IMG/VR virus record: IMGVR_UViG_3300045988_115163
Source: a virus
DNA: 64,000 nucleotides
Strand: one strand, 5' to 3'
Part shown: positions 9,281-16,878 of the stretch, piece after piece
How positions within the stretch are numbered: position 1 is the first letter of the stretch
Layout: the number at the start of each line of letters is the position of its first letter
Made by a program: the position numbers and the translations under genes
Notes under the pieces: generated by a model
The model's input: the letters and a program-made list of their open reading frames with translations, nothing else
What the model was told of the DNA's origin: nothing
Database searches by the model: none

Positions 9281-9997
9281 TGGAACTGAGAGTAATGGGT
9301 TCAAGCAGCAAAGGGAACTCTTATGCCCTTTGCTGCAACGAAGAGATTTTATTGGTTGAAGCTGGTATCAAAGTTCAAGACATAATTAAGGGAATTGATT
9401 ATCAATTGAAAAAAGTACGAGGGGTGATTTTCAGTCACCAGCATCTTTGACCACTCTAAGAGTGCACATGAATTTGTAAAGATGGGATTTCCGGTTTACA
9501 CCCATCCGGCAGCAGTGGAAGCATCCGGATTTATCGGATTGAATGGATTAAACCCTAAAAAGAAACTGGTCATGGGTGGATTTAAGATTCAAGCTATCGA
9601 AGTAAAGCATAATGTACCTTGCTATTCGTTTGTGATTGATTGTCCGGACACCAGTAGAGTTTTGTTCATTACTGACTGTGCAGACTTTCCTTGGAAGGTA
9701 AATGGAGTGAATCATCTTCTGTGTGAAGCAAACTATATGGAAGACATCATTCTGGATAGAGCCGCAAGAGATGAATGGTCGGCTTCTGCCAGTGGAAATC
9801 ACCTCTCCATAGAACAGTCGGTGAACATTATAAAGCGGCATTTTAGCGCAAAACTCCAAACGGTAGTACTGTTGCACCTCAGCGATGGAAATAGTGACGA
9901 AAAACGCTTTAGAGAGATGGTAAAAATAGCTACCGGAATTGAACCTTATATTGCCGATTCGGGAATGAAAATCAAACTTAATTTGGAAGACTTTTAG
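9280..9997 (+). CDS. metallo-beta-lactamase-fold hydrolase/nuclease, interrupted by a +1 frame change at 9445-9451
   Basis: Frame 1 reads MELRVMGSSSKGNSY...VIFSHQHL then TGA at 9448. Frame 2 continues DHSKSAHEF...LLHLSDGN. When joined, they give the exact HxHxDH motif (HQHLDH). Confidence 0.6.
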
Positions 9998-10120
9998 ATG
10001 ATGGAGTTCGTGAGATTTATAAGCAAAGACTTTGAGACATTCATCTGTTTCTTGATATTCCTTTGGATAATATTTTCGGGGATAGAAGGAATTGTAAAAG
10101 AATGGAGGAAAAATAGATGA
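9998..10120 (+). CDS. small membrane protein (40 aa)
   Basis: ATG immediately after the previous stop. Hydrophobic core FICFLIFLWIIF. ATGA overlap with the next ORF. Confidence 0.3.
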   Translation: MMEFVRFISKDFETFICFLIFLWIIFSGIEGIVKEWRKNR

Positions 10121-10329
10121 CCTATAAATGGAAGTTTAACGACTATCTTCAATCCATATACGATTGTACGATAGAGGCTAAAGATAAAAATCCGGTTTGT
10201 TACTACTTTCCGGTTACTCAGCTAGAATTAGCAGAGAACATGGATTTGGTAAAACAAGGATATAAAAAAGACATAATACCCACAACTCTCTTATGGATGA
10301 TTGTGGGAAAAAGAAAGAAAAGAAGATGA
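10117..10329 (+). CDS. hypothetical protein
   Basis: ATG ORF with ATGA overlaps at both ends. Confidence 0.45.
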   Translation: MTYKWKFNDYLQSIYDCTIEAKDKNPVCYYFPVTQLELAENMDLVKQGYKKDIIPTTLLWMIVGKRKKRR

Positions 10330-10814
10330 GTAAAGTATTCGTAGGGTGCGATAATGGGGTTTCCGGTACAATTGGTATAGTTGGCGATGGAATAGAACCC
10401 ATATTCGTAAAAACACCTACTAAAAAAGAGCAAGACTATACCAAGAAGAAGAAAATGATAACAAGGCTGGACTCTCTCAAATTTATTGCCTTATTTAATG
10501 GCATTAATAAGAGCGATATAACCTTTGTTATAGAACGTCCCTTAATAAATAGCACTCGCTTTAATGCTTCCATTAGTGGGGTAAGATGTCACGAAGCCAT
10601 GCTGAACGCTATTGAGATAATGGGATGCAGGTATATGTTCATTGACAGTAAGGAATGGCAGAAAGCACTTCTTCCACATGGTTGTGCCGGAGATGAATTA
10701 AAAAAGGCTTCTCTGGATATAGGAAATCGTTTATTTCCTAGGTTTGAAGATGTAAAGCATCCAGATAGAGACGGATTATTAATTGCTGAGTACGCTCGGA
10801 GGAAAAACTTATAA
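10326..10814 (+). CDS. RuvC-like Holliday junction resolvase
   Basis: N-terminal VGCDNGVSGTIG (first catalytic Asp), VIERP (Glu), and C-terminal HPDRDGLLIAEYA (Asp pair). ATG at 10326. Confidence 0.6.
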   Translation: MSKVFVGCDNGVSGTIGIVGDGIEPIFVKTPTKKEQDYTKKKKMITRLDSLKFIALFNGINKSDITFVIERPLINSTRFNASISGVRCHEAMLNAIEIMGCRYMFIDSKEWQKALLPHGCAGDELKKASLDIGNRLFPRFEDVKHPDRDGLLIAEYARRKNL

Positions 10815-10816
10815 TT

Positions 10817-11035
10817 ATGGAAAAGATAAGATATTTCATGTGTCCTTTTGTACTTACTTCAAAAGGTAAAGGACGGCAAGATGGAAGAGCGATACTCACA
10901 GTTGAAGGTTGCTTAAACATTTCAAAAATAGAAAAAAGAATAAAAGAAGCTGATGGAATTGAAGATGGACGGGTAATCTGTACCGGATTTTATGAAATGT
11001 CCGAAGAAGATTATATGTCTAATTTCATGGAATAA
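10817..11035 (+). CDS. hypothetical protein
   Basis: ATG ORF 2 nt after the previous stop. Confidence 0.5.
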   Translation: MEKIRYFMCPFVLTSKGKGRQDGRAILTVEGCLNISKIEKRIKEADGIEDGRVICTGFYEMSEEDYMSNFME

Positions 11036-11050
11036 TTAATACGTTTATCA

Positions 11051-11058
11051 TAACTTTG
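11051..11058 (+). promoter_or_regulatory. candidate Bacteroidota -7 promoter box (TAACTTTG)
   Basis: Matches TAnnTTTG in the 77-nt gap upstream of 11113. Confidence 0.3.
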
Positions 11059-11112
11059 CAATCGTCTGGTTCGTGAGAATAGGGCGGTTTTTAACTAACT
11101 AAAAAAGAAGAA

Positions 11113-11355
11113 ATGAAAGATTTCATTATATTTGTAATCGCTCTCATTATCGTTGCCGGGTTTATCGGTCATATTGAGATTAATACTAATCCCTTTTGCA
11201 TCAGACTACCGATGTGGCACAGAGTAGTCGCTCTTATTCTGTTTTTTGCTGCATGGGGATTGTGGGATTGGGGAGAACGCTTAGATGCGTATTCTAAAGG
11301 GCTGAAAAGAGGTATGGATATAACGATTGAACAGTATAAAGAAAATAAGAAATGA
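11113..11355 (+). CDS. membrane protein
   Basis: Two hydrophobic helices (FIIFVIALIIVAGFIG, VVALILFFAAWGLW). Confidence 0.5.
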   Translation: MKDFIIFVIALIIVAGFIGHIEINTNPFCIRLPMWHRVVALILFFAAWGLWDWGERLDAYSKGLKRGMDITIEQYKENKK

Positions 11356-11645
11356 ACGTAGAAAAGATTTACACGTTAGAGGGAGAGGCTATAAGCCTCA
11401 AAGATAAGGAATATCCGTCTATCATTGAAAAAGTAGATTATTCTGCAATAGACGATGAAGGTCTCAAATATCTTCAAGACCAAATGAAAAGTTTGGCGAA
11501 GTTGTGGAGCATTGTCTATTTACAGGATAAGAGACCTATTAGCATCCGGTTTGCCATTTATTCAAACTATATCTTCAAGAGCCGGATTCTAAAAGATGAT
11601 TGCATTGATAAAATAGAACAGAATAATTTTTCAAATGGAAACTGA
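11352..11645 (+). CDS. hypothetical protein
   Basis: ATGA overlap with the previous gene. Confidence 0.5.
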   Translation: MNVEKIYTLEGEAISLKDKEYPSIIEKVDYSAIDDEGLKYLQDQMKSLAKLWSIVYLQDKRPISIRFAIYSNYIFKSRILKDDCIDKIEQNNFSNGN

Positions 11646-11799
11646 GGAAAGCATCATACCAAAATTGCTCCGGCTGACAGAAGAAAAACATACTATGCTT
11701 AAAAAGATAGTTAACTTCATAGAAGAATACAATTCAGACGAGGCTAAAGAGAATAGGCTTGTATTGGAATTTATAACAAATGTCACTGCCGATTGGTAG
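11635..11799 (+). CDS. hypothetical protein (54 aa; the frame stays open past an in-frame TAG to 11889)
   Basis: ATG at 11635 overlaps the previous stop. It is below the ORF-track cutoff. The listed minus-strand ORF 11631-11864 is probably its shadow. Confidence 0.35.
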   Translation: METEESIIPKLLRLTEEKHTMLKKIVNFIEEYNSDEAKENRLVLEFITNVTADW

Positions 11800-11893
11800 G
11801 CTGAATGGATGCGCAATGGTGCGACCAATGACATCACTAAAGCCGATATAGACGATTTAACCAATAGAATTTTAACTCAAACAAAATAGTATA

Positions 11894-12220
11894 ATGAAAA
11901 TTAACGAGTATCAATTAAAAGCACTGGAAACAGCTATCTATCCAGAAGATTGTAAAATCATTTATCCGGCATTAGGATTAACCGGAGAAGCCGGAGAAGT
12001 TTCGGATAAAGTAAAAAAGGTAATCAGAGACAATAACAGAGTATTCTCATCAGAAATAAAGCTAGAAATAGCCAAAGAATTGGGAGATGTTCAATGGTAT
12101 ATCGCTACGATGGCGCATGACCTTGGTTATTCTCTGGAAGAGATTTGTCAAATGAATATTGACAAGTTACAATCTCGGAAAGAGAGACATTGTATTAATG
12201 GCAATGGAGATAATAGATAA
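11894..12220 (+). CDS. MazG-like nucleoside triphosphate pyrophosphohydrolase
   Basis: LTGEAGEVSDKVKK ... ELGDVQWYIATMAHDLGYSLEEI ... NIDKLQSRKER is the typical small MazG signature. Confidence 0.8.
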   Translation: MKINEYQLKALETAIYPEDCKIIYPALGLTGEAGEVSDKVKKVIRDNNRVFSSEIKLEIAKELGDVQWYIATMAHDLGYSLEEICQMNIDKLQSRKERHCINGNGDNR

Positions 12221-12222
12221 CC

Positions 12223-12444
12223 ATGAAAATAGAGATAGATATACCCGAACCATTTATTGATGCAGACAATAGCATGATAAATATAAAAGGTGATGGTTTT
12301 TTATATACCTCCTTTGATGAGAAACGTAGTGGTCTTGCCTCAGATAAATTTGCGGAAAACCCGGAAGAATATAAGAAGTTGGCTGATGCGTTAGAAGAAA
12401 TTTCATACAACATTAGATATCTTATTTACCATAAACTTATTTAG
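12223..12444 (+). CDS. hypothetical protein
   Basis: ATG ORF 2 nt after the previous stop. Confidence 0.5.
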   Translation: MKIEIDIPEPFIDADNSMINIKGDGFLYTSFDEKRSGLASDKFAENPEEYKKLADALEEISYNIRYLIYHKLI

Positions 12445-12446
12445 AC

Positions 12447-12758
12447 ATGGAAAAAGAAAAAGAATTGAAAGCTCAGAACAGATTGAAAGCATTGGAATTT
12501 GCTGTAATGCACATGAATTTACCCCAAGAATTATATGGAAAGATGAGCTTCTTGGATTATTGCAAACAAGAAGCGGAGAAAATTCTGGATTGGGCATACG
12601 AGGAAGAGGAAAAAGAAGTTAAGCCTCTTGAATGTGAATGGATTTCCTGCCAAGATATATTAGATAGGATGGAAAAAGCCTATATAGAAATGGAGGAAAA
12701 AGAATTAGAAAAGGAACTTAGAGAATTTATTAAAAAATATACGGATGTAATTAAATAG
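12447..12758 (+). CDS. hypothetical protein (acidic)
   Basis: ATG ORF 2 nt after the previous stop. Confidence 0.5.
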   Translation: MEKEKELKAQNRLKALEFAVMHMNLPQELYGKMSFLDYCKQEAEKILDWAYEEEEKEVKPLECEWISCQDILDRMEKAYIEMEEKELEKELREFIKKYTDVIK

Positions 12759-12761
12759 GAG

Positions 12762-13160
12762 ATGGGCAAATATTTTACAATTAAAGAACTGTGCCATTCT
12801 GATACAGCAATAGCACATAAGTTGGATAACTCTTGTAAGCCGGAATATCAACGTAACTTAGAAGCATTGATTACAAATGTTCTCGACCCTCTAAGAGAGG
12901 CGTATGGAAAGCCTATTAGAGTAAATAGTGGATATCGTTGTATGGCTTTGAATAAGATATTGGGCGGAGTCCACAACTCAGAGCATTTGAAAGGAATGGC
13001 TGCTGATATTACAGGCGGAAGTAAGGAAGAAAATAAAAAACTTTTCGACCTGATTCAACAACTGAATCTTCCATTCCGACAATTAATTAATGAGAAGAAT
13101 TTTTCATGGGTTCATGTGTCTTACAATCCGACTGATATTAAAAAACAGGTAATTTGGTAG
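12762..13160 (+). CDS. peptidase M15 family cell-wall hydrolase (endolysin candidate)
   Basis: VNSGYRC...NSEHLKGMAADI...WVHVS gives the H-x6-D...H zinc ligand pattern of M15 (VanY-like) peptidases. Confidence 0.75.
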   Translation: MGKYFTIKELCHSDTAIAHKLDNSCKPEYQRNLEALITNVLDPLREAYGKPIRVNSGYRCMALNKILGGVHNSEHLKGMAADITGGSKEENKKLFDLIQQLNLPFRQLINEKNFSWVHVSYNPTDIKKQVIW

Positions 13161-13171
13161 TGAAACAAAAG

Positions 13172-13195
13172 AAAGGGATTCTTCGGAATCCCTTT
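13172..13195. terminator. bidirectional terminator hairpin between convergent operons
   Basis: AAAGGGATTC-TTCG-GAATCCCTTT with an A-run upstream and a T-run downstream. Confidence 0.6.
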
Positions 13196-13197
13196 TC

Positions 13198-13377
13198 CTA
13201 TTTAGAGCACTCTAATGAACGCAGTTCATCTAATTCATCCATCAACTCTAACCGAAGCATTTCAAACTCATGGTTAGGTAAATCTTTCATCATACTGTCT
13301 ATTGCACGATTCAATTCATATCTCTTCCGAATAATAGCTAATTTCTTAGCTGTGTACTTTACCTTTTTCATTTTCAT
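13198..13377 (-). CDS. hypothetical protein (59 aa, basic/acidic helical)
   Basis: ATG ORF MKMKKVKYTAKKLAIIRKRYEL..., just below the track cutoff. Last gene of the minus-strand block. Confidence 0.35.
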   Translation of the reverse strand: MKMKKVKYTAKKLAIIRKRYELNRAIDSMMKDLPNHEFEMLRLELMDELDELRSLECSK

Positions 13378-13537
13378 GCTTCTCTCGTTTTAAGATAGTA
13401 TTTATATTTTCCTCAGTAAATCCAAAGATTGAAGCAAACCTCTTAAATTCTGCCATTCTCTTCTCCGGTATCAGATTAAACATGCTGTTAATGGGCATGT
13501 CCCCTTCCATTGCCTTTTTTACCTTCTTTAGTTTCAT
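13346..13537 (-). CDS. hypothetical protein
   Basis: Internal ATG (MKLKKVKKAMEGD...) of track ORF 13346-13591. It overlaps both neighbours, so the boundaries are uncertain. Confidence 0.35.
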   Translation of the reverse strand: MKLKKVKKAMEGDMPINSMFNLIPEKRMAEFKRFASIFGFTEENINTILKREKHENEKGKVHS

Positions 13538-13955
13538 ACTTCTTATTTTTATAGTGATTGCAATCACAAATGAATAATTTGATATAATCAAAGACTTTCA
13601 TAGCTATTTCTCCGCTGAGATATGCTATCTCTTCACCGTCTAAGGATATGCCGTTCATATTGGCTAAATCATCCTGTAGATGTCTTTGTTCGTGTATATA
13701 GGAATTAAAAAATTCCCTTTCTGATGAAGCACGTCCAATCGCCATGATTGTTATTCTATAGAGAAAGTTGGAGTAAGTAATACCTGTATCCAAACGACAA
13801 GAACGCATATTTTCTTCTGCGGTTAACAGGAACTCTTTACTCGCTCCGAACCTTCTCATTTTATGGACTATTTCATCAGTATCGTAACAGTCTACGGAAT
13901 AGTATATATACACCTTCCAGCCTATCTTTGGTATGTAGAACTGCTGTCGTATCAC
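13488..13955 (-). CDS. hypothetical protein with HExxH motif (possible zinc metallopeptidase)
   Basis: YIHEQRHLQDD contains HEQRH. No other family signature recognised. Confidence 0.45.
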   Translation of the reverse strand: MIRQQFYIPKIGWKVYIYYSVDCYDTDEIVHKMRRFGASKEFLLTAEENMRSCRLDTGITYSNFLYRITIMAIGRASSEREFFNSYIHEQRHLQDDLANMNGISLDGEEIAYLSGEIAMKVFDYIKLFICDCNHYKNKKYETKEGKKGNGRGHAH

Positions 13956-13957
13956 TG

Positions 13958-14365
13958 TTAGAGCATATCATCCCAATTGATTACGATACCCTTCCCCATA
14001 CAGTCTGCAAAGAAATGCCGAAACGCCTTCTCAGAGCCGCCATCCGGGTCGTCTATAAAGTCTCTCACAAACATAGCAAGGTATTGTTCATTCGGTATGG
14101 AAGACCCGAAGTAATCCGCTTTACACATGTTTGCTACGTAGACAGCGTTATAACCGTTATCATTCTTTAGCGTAATACTGTACTTTTTGAGAAGTTCGTC
14201 AACCTTTTCTTTAGGGATGGGAGTAATCTTACCTTCCTTTGTCTCCATCATAGAAACAGCCCAATCGCACATCTTCTTAGAGAAGTTGAATCCATAGTTA
14301 GAGAGGTAAGCTCTCATCTTCTCCGGTATTCTGTCGAATACATCAAAACTCATATTTCTGTCCAT
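13958..14365 (-). CDS. hypothetical protein
   Basis: Track ORF 13958-14410. ATGs at 14365 and 14353 are the more likely starts. Confidence 0.5.
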   Translation of the reverse strand: MDRNMSFDVFDRIPEKMRAYLSNYGFNFSKKMCDWAVSMMETKEGKITPIPKEKVDELLKKYSITLKNDNGYNAVYVANMCKADYFGSSIPNEQYLAMFVRDFIDDPDGGSEKAFRHFFADCMGKGIVINWDDML

Positions 14366-14433
14366 ATTATAGTATATTAAGCAAGTGTTTCCTTGGTGAC
14401 TTGTTAGCACTAAGGAAACACCCGCAATTGATA

Positions 14434-14679
14434 TTAGCGACGACGACGACGACCTCTACGCTCTCCCATCCTTTCCTCATACTCACGTTCGTAACGGTCT
14501 TCATCGTCACGATATCCGTATGACTGTCCGCCACCTTCACCACGTTCGCCCATAGATTCTAATTCCTCCATTACGGTATAGAAATCTTCCTTTAGGCATT
14601 CCAGACTTTCTTTGAAGTCTTTAATTGCTCTTCCGATACCACCTCCACGGTGCTTATCGCTTATTTCAATCATTCCCAT
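14434..14679 (-). CDS. small Gly/Glu/Arg-rich protein with poly-Arg C-terminus
   Basis: The 81-aa product ends ERRGRRRRR, encoded by a (CGA)5 run at 14438-14452. Confidence 0.5.
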   Translation of the reverse strand: MGMIEISDKHRGGGIGRAIKDFKESLECLKEDFYTVMEELESMGERGEGGGQSYGYRDDEDRYEREYEERMGERRGRRRRR

Positions 14680-14690
14680 AATATTTTTTA

Positions 14691-15227
14691 TTATTTGTTT
14701 TTACTATTGTTTGGAGAAGCTACAACACTATTTTTCATACTAAGTATAAGGCTCTTAATGTCTCCTAAATCTTCTTTCAAACCCTTAACCTGACCTTCCA
14801 AAGCTCCAATCTTCTCTTCATGCAACTTTTCTTTTGCAAGTTGAGGATTGAGTTCTTTTAGAATTTCATCGCAATGTGTTATGACTGATTCGTGATAAGG
14901 AACGCTATCAACAATTTGTCTGCTTATTTGAAGCATAGCCTCTACTTCAGATACTATAGCCTCTTTCTTATCTGAAACAATGGCATTCGGATAAGCATAG
15001 ACCTCTCCATTTGCCGGTAGTTTCTGGAAGTCCATTACTTCTTCCCCACATTTTACCTTTATATCTACAAGCATTTCTGGTTGAGGATTATAGGGCTGTT
15101 GAGGATTAAAAGTAGGATACTTAGGAACAGGATTGCTCACAGATTCAACTTGGCCAATCTTAACACTTGGCTTTTCTCCCTTTGAAAGGATATAGAATAA
15201 ATTTCCTTGTCTACTTGATGAAAACAT
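14691..15227 (-). CDS. hypothetical protein with C-terminal coiled coil
   Basis: ATG ORF of 178 aa. Heptad-like LAKEKLHEEKIGALEGQVKGLKEDLGDIKSL. Confidence 0.5.
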   Translation of the reverse strand: MFSSSRQGNLFYILSKGEKPSVKIGQVESVSNPVPKYPTFNPQQPYNPQPEMLVDIKVKCGEEVMDFQKLPANGEVYAYPNAIVSDKKEAIVSEVEAMLQISRQIVDSVPYHESVITHCDEILKELNPQLAKEKLHEEKIGALEGQVKGLKEDLGDIKSLILSMKNSVVASPNNSKNK

Positions 15228-15271
15228 AATGATTAGCTTTTAAAGAAGGGGATTTCTCCCCTCCTGATTAT

Positions 15272-15760
15272 TTATTTTACTTTAGCTGATGCTGCATTGG
15301 CAGCAGGAGTTCCACCTGTCTGAAAGTTTACAAATCGGATAAGACCTTCTCTCTTATTGATAAAAGCAAAAACTTCTTTGGTATTTACCATGTCAGAACC
15401 AACAACGTTGTTACTGTTATGATCTATAACATTGACTTTGCTTTCACCACTTGAAGCGGCATCTCCCGTATTCGTACTGTTGTTAGACGTCGGAACAGCT
15501 AAGGATATAGGCAATGCCTCTCCACCAGCAGGAACAGCTTGATTTACTTGTACTGTTACATAGCATTCACAAGGAAGCTGATTGTAAAGACATCTATCAA
15601 TGCCATAATCAACACTGGTTGCAGAAAGAGAAACGTTTGTAGTAGGCAGTTCAAATATACACAACTGCTTCAAGCAAGAACGTTGCCTTCCAGCTAAGGG
15701 AGAACCTATGCCACCAGCCCACCAATAGGGATTAAACGGATTTAATGGATTACCATACAT
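15272..15760 (-). CDS. hypothetical protein (Cys-containing, Ser/Asn/Thr-rich)
   Basis: ATG at 15760 is preceded by AAGGAGG, 14 nt after the upstream stop. Confidence 0.5.
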   Translation of the reverse strand: MYGNPLNPFNPYWWAGGIGSPLAGRQRSCLKQLCIFELPTTNVSLSATSVDYGIDRCLYNQLPCECYVTVQVNQAVPAGGEALPISLAVPTSNNSTNTGDAASSGESKVNVIDHNSNNVVGSDMVNTKEVFAFINKREGLIRFVNFQTGGTPAANAASAKVK

Positions 15761-15774
15761 AGATACCTCCTTTC

Positions 15775-16767
15775 TTAGCAGCCACAAGCATTGTAAGGAG
15801 CTACGCCCATGCTTACAGGTACGCTATAGTTTACAGGTATCATACTTCCCATTGCTGGAATATACGGTATTGTTACGGTTTCAGGCTGTTTGCATTCAAT
15901 CTTAGCCAAACGAGAACTCAAATCATTCAAAGCTGCATTTACCGGAGCGATAGATTGTGCTTGGAATGCTTGAATATTACGAGTCTGAGCATCGTTAGAA
16001 ATCTGAGCAAGCAAGGTACTCTTATCTTCACGGAGCTTATCAATCTTATCCATAAGATTCTGGTTCTGCATAGCATCCAATTTAGCCAAGATGGCATTAG
16101 TGTTAGCAGTAGCACCATCACGGAGAGAAAGAGCATTTTGGTTTGCAGTATTGACCAAAGTATTAGTTTGATTGCATACAGCCAATTGATTCTCGTAACC
16201 CTGAGTAGTAATTGCATTTTGTGTCTTGCAGCAACAATCAGCAATAGCCTGTGCAATCTGGCAATTACCTGACTGGATACTATTGATAATCTGTTGACTT
16301 GACATACCAATTTGACTACCTACACCCTGTATCTGAGTCATTACACCGTTAATAGACTGTTGAATCTGACCTACTGAACAGTTCAGATTTGTAGCCAAGT
16401 TGTTAATTGCTTGACCGTTACCTTGGATTGCGCTCATAAGTAATTCTCTCCCTGCATCATTGTTAATCAAATTCGGAATACCAGCACCGGAAAATCCGCC
16501 ACCATTTCCACCATCATTTCCGCCAAAGCCGTTACCCCAGCCACCACGTCCCATCAATGGGAACAGGAAGAACAAGAAGATAATCCACATGAACCAGCTA
16601 CCATCACCGCCAAATCCATTATTTCCTTTGTTATTCATAGCCAGCAAAAGATTGGGGTCTAAGCCATTCTTCTGCAACAGAGGTGCAAGCATACCCATCA
16701 TGCCTGAACCACCTCCGCATCCACACCCAGATTCAGGTGTATAAACTACTGTACGATTTTCGCTCAT
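15775..16767 (-). CDS. Gly/Cys/Gln/Asn-rich single-pass membrane protein, function unknown
   Basis: N-terminal CGCGGGSG, a TM helix WFMWIIFLFFLFPLMG flanked by GGxG runs, a long Q/N-rich helical region with a CCCK cluster, and C-terminal ACGC. Confidence 0.55.
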   Translation of the reverse strand: MSENRTVVYTPESGCGCGGGSGMMGMLAPLLQKNGLDPNLLLAMNNKGNNGFGGDGSWFMWIIFLFFLFPLMGRGGWGNGFGGNDGGNGGGFSGAGIPNLINNDAGRELLMSAIQGNGQAINNLATNLNCSVGQIQQSINGVMTQIQGVGSQIGMSSQQIINSIQSGNCQIAQAIADCCCKTQNAITTQGYENQLAVCNQTNTLVNTANQNALSLRDGATANTNAILAKLDAMQNQNLMDKIDKLREDKSTLLAQISNDAQTRNIQAFQAQSIAPVNAALNDLSSRLAKIECKQPETVTIPYIPAMGSMIPVNYSVPVSMGVAPYNACGC

Positions 16768-16878
16768 AATACAATATTGTTAAAATTTTCGTCTAATATT
16801 AGACTTGCACAAAATAACTAATATTGTAGGATATGAGTACTAAATATCATAGTACATACGTGGCTAATTCATGGATTG

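Noticed and set aside
9069-9359. 96-aa plus-strand ORF overlapping the RecT 3' end and the MBL gene 5' end
   Set aside because: It is an alternative frame of two better-supported genes, with a basic low-complexity product typical of an off-frame reading.
11631-11864. Minus-strand 77-aa ORF
   Set aside because: It is antisense to a plus-strand ORF (11635-11799/11889) that overlaps the previous gene's stop, as the other members of this operon do.
13154-13393. Plus-strand 79-aa ORF after the endolysin gene
   Set aside because: It runs straight through the bidirectional terminator hairpin. It is antisense to a plausible 59-aa ORF of the convergent block.
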